The translations under genes were made by a program, and so were the position numbers. The notes beneath the pieces were generated by a model that worked only from the letters and a program-made list of their open reading frames with translations, ran no database searches and was not told where the DNA came from. A DNA stretch of 64,000 nt from an uncultured Enterobacteriaceae bacterium (GTDB taxonomy: Bacteria; Pseudomonadota; Gammaproteobacteria; Enterobacterales; Enterobacteriaceae): NCBI GenBank assembly GCA_966186435.1, contig CBIFWW010000001.1, positions 1,463 through 65,462 of the forward strand, written 5' to 3'. The first letter of the stretch is position 1. Each line of letters opens with the position of its first letter. This document shows, piece after piece, positions 63,044 through 64,000 of this stretch.

Positions 63044-63070
63044 GCCGTGGCCCCGGCTACGGCGCTTTTC
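63044..63070 (+). terminator. ybhB terminator
   Basis: gccgtggcc-cc-ggctacggc (one G-U pair) followed by gcTTTTcc. Confidence 0.6.
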
Positions 63071-63258
63071 CGGCTATTTTTAAAACCCGGGCTTCCCGTT
63101 TCGCTCAACTTAGTATAAAAAGGCAAGCTCCTGAGGTTTGTGCCTGTCCTTAAAGCAATTTCCCTTGCTGCCGTTGTGATACAGCTTTGCAAAGTATTGT
63201 TTCAGCGGGTCAGTACCTGAGGCTTTTAATCGACTAACCCGAGAAGCAAGGAGCCACC

Positions 63259-64000
63259 TTGAACATTACCGCATTTTCCCGCCTGGCGTTGGCACTGGCC
63301 GTTGGCGTGACGTTAACTGCATGCAGCTCTACCCCGCCGGAAGATAAGCCCTCTGAACAGGTTGCCCCAGGCACCGCACAGCGGCCAATTCTTTCCCCGG
63401 AAGAAGCTAAAAACTTCACCCCAGCGCGTTATTTCTCTGGTCTGGAAGCCAATGCGCCGGCGTGGAAACCGTCTTCTATTCGCCTGCCTGCGCAGCCTGA
63501 TTTTGTTGTCGGCCCGGCCGAGGCTCAGGGTGTGACGCAAACCACCATTCAGGCCGCGGTTGATGCCGCTATTGCTAAACACAGCAGCAGCCGTCAGTAC
63601 ATTGCTATTTTGCCTGGGGAGTATACCGGCACTGTGTACATCCCGGCAGCCTCCGGCAGCGTGACCCTGTACGGCGCCGGTGATAAACCCACCGATGTTA
63701 AAGTCATCATGGCTTTGGATTCTGAAATCGACGTCACCACCTGGCGCCACGCCGTTAATCCGGCGGGTAAATACATGCCGGGCAAACCGTCCTGGTATAT
63801 GTTCGATAACTGCCAGAACCGCCACACCGCCACCGTCGGTATCATGTGCTCCGCCGTGGTTTGGTCTCAGAATAACGGCCTGCAACTGCAAAACTTGACC
63901 ATCGCCAATGACCTTGGCGATGCCGCCGGTGAAGGCAACCACCAGGCAGTGGCCCTGCGGGTGGATGGCGACCAGAACCAGATCAACAACGTGAATATTC
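63259..64000 (+). CDS. ybhC: pectinesterase-fold outer-membrane lipoprotein (acyl-CoA thioesterase YbhC), N-terminal part; continues past the window
   Basis: A TTG start 5 nt after AAGGAG gives (M)NITAFSRLALALAVGVTLTACSSTPPEDKPSEQVAPGT...QNNGLQLQNLTIAN..NHQAVALRVDGDQNQINNVNI. It is colinear with E. coli YbhC, including the lipobox LTAC. It is not in the ORF track because no stop falls within the window. Confidence 0.9.
   Translation, partial: MNITAFSRLALALAVGVTLTACSSTPPEDKPSEQVAPGTAQRPILSPEEAKNFTPARYFSGLEANAPAWKPSSIRLPAQPDFVVGPAEAQGVTQTTIQAAVDAAIAKHSSSRQYIAILPGEYTGTVYIPAASGSVTLYGAGDKPTDVKVIMALDSEIDVTTWRHAVNPAGKYMPGKPSWYMFDNCQNRHTATVGIMCSAVVWSQNNGLQLQNLTIANDLGDAAGEGNHQAVALRVDGDQNQINNVNI

Noticed and set aside
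63313-63942. 209-aa minus-strand ORF at the right end of the window
   Set aside because: It is antisense to the clearly YbhC-like plus-strand frame (lipobox and pectinesterase-fold motifs), which the ORF track omits only because it lacks a stop inside the window.

Overview
This window reads as an Enterobacterales chromosomal segment. It is colinear, in inverted orientation, with my recollection of the E. coli K-12 moeAB-to-bioABFCD region. The gene order is iaaA / moeAB ... ybiT, ldtB ... ybiR-mntR, mntS, ybiP, ompX, rhtA, dps, glnHPQ, ybiO, rlmF, mcbA, ybiB-dinG, rhlE, cecR-ybhGFSR, ybhQ, ybhP-clsB-ybhN, ybhL, moaABCDE, ybhK, uvrB, bioDCFB / bioA, ybhB, ybhC. Most protein calls rest on long, unambiguous similarity to E. 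coli proteins recalled from memory; no alignment was computed.

Relative to that remembered K-12 order I see five lineage-specific blocks:
- A LacI regulator, an ExuT-like MFS transporter and a GH31 glycosidase (2734-7802).
- An AT-rich BrnT/BrnA-like toxin-antitoxin islet (7803-8813).
- An aldo-keto reductase plus an EmrAB-type MFS efflux pump with its own NodT outer-membrane factor (11630-16991).
- A flavin reductase (29480-30100).
- A complete, diverged second copy of the ybhGFSR ABC-2 exporter operon in tandem with the first (41618-46581).

E. coli genes that I remember between mcbA and ybiB (fiu-ybiX-ybiI-ybiJ-ybiC) and between ybiT and moeB are absent.

Recognisable non-coding elements:
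- A full ERIC repeat and an internally deleted mini-ERIC.
- The mntS small ORF, which the ORF track misses, with a MntR box.
- NtrC sites and a sigma-54 promoter at glnH.
- LexA boxes at dinG and uvrB.
- A 30-bp perfect palindrome at cecR.
- The Moco riboswitch and a ModE-like palindrome at moaA.
- An inverted DnaA-box pair, and the bio operator.

Many genes are translationally coupled through 1-17 nt overlaps. I found no rRNA, tRNA, CRISPR array, IS or transposase, integrase or prophage genes, and no recognisable defence island.

I see no compelling evidence for a wholly new system. The best candidates for follow-up are the tandem ybhGFSR paralog operon, the TA islet with twin palindromes, the GH31 locus of unknown specificity, and the expanded repeat tail of RhlE.
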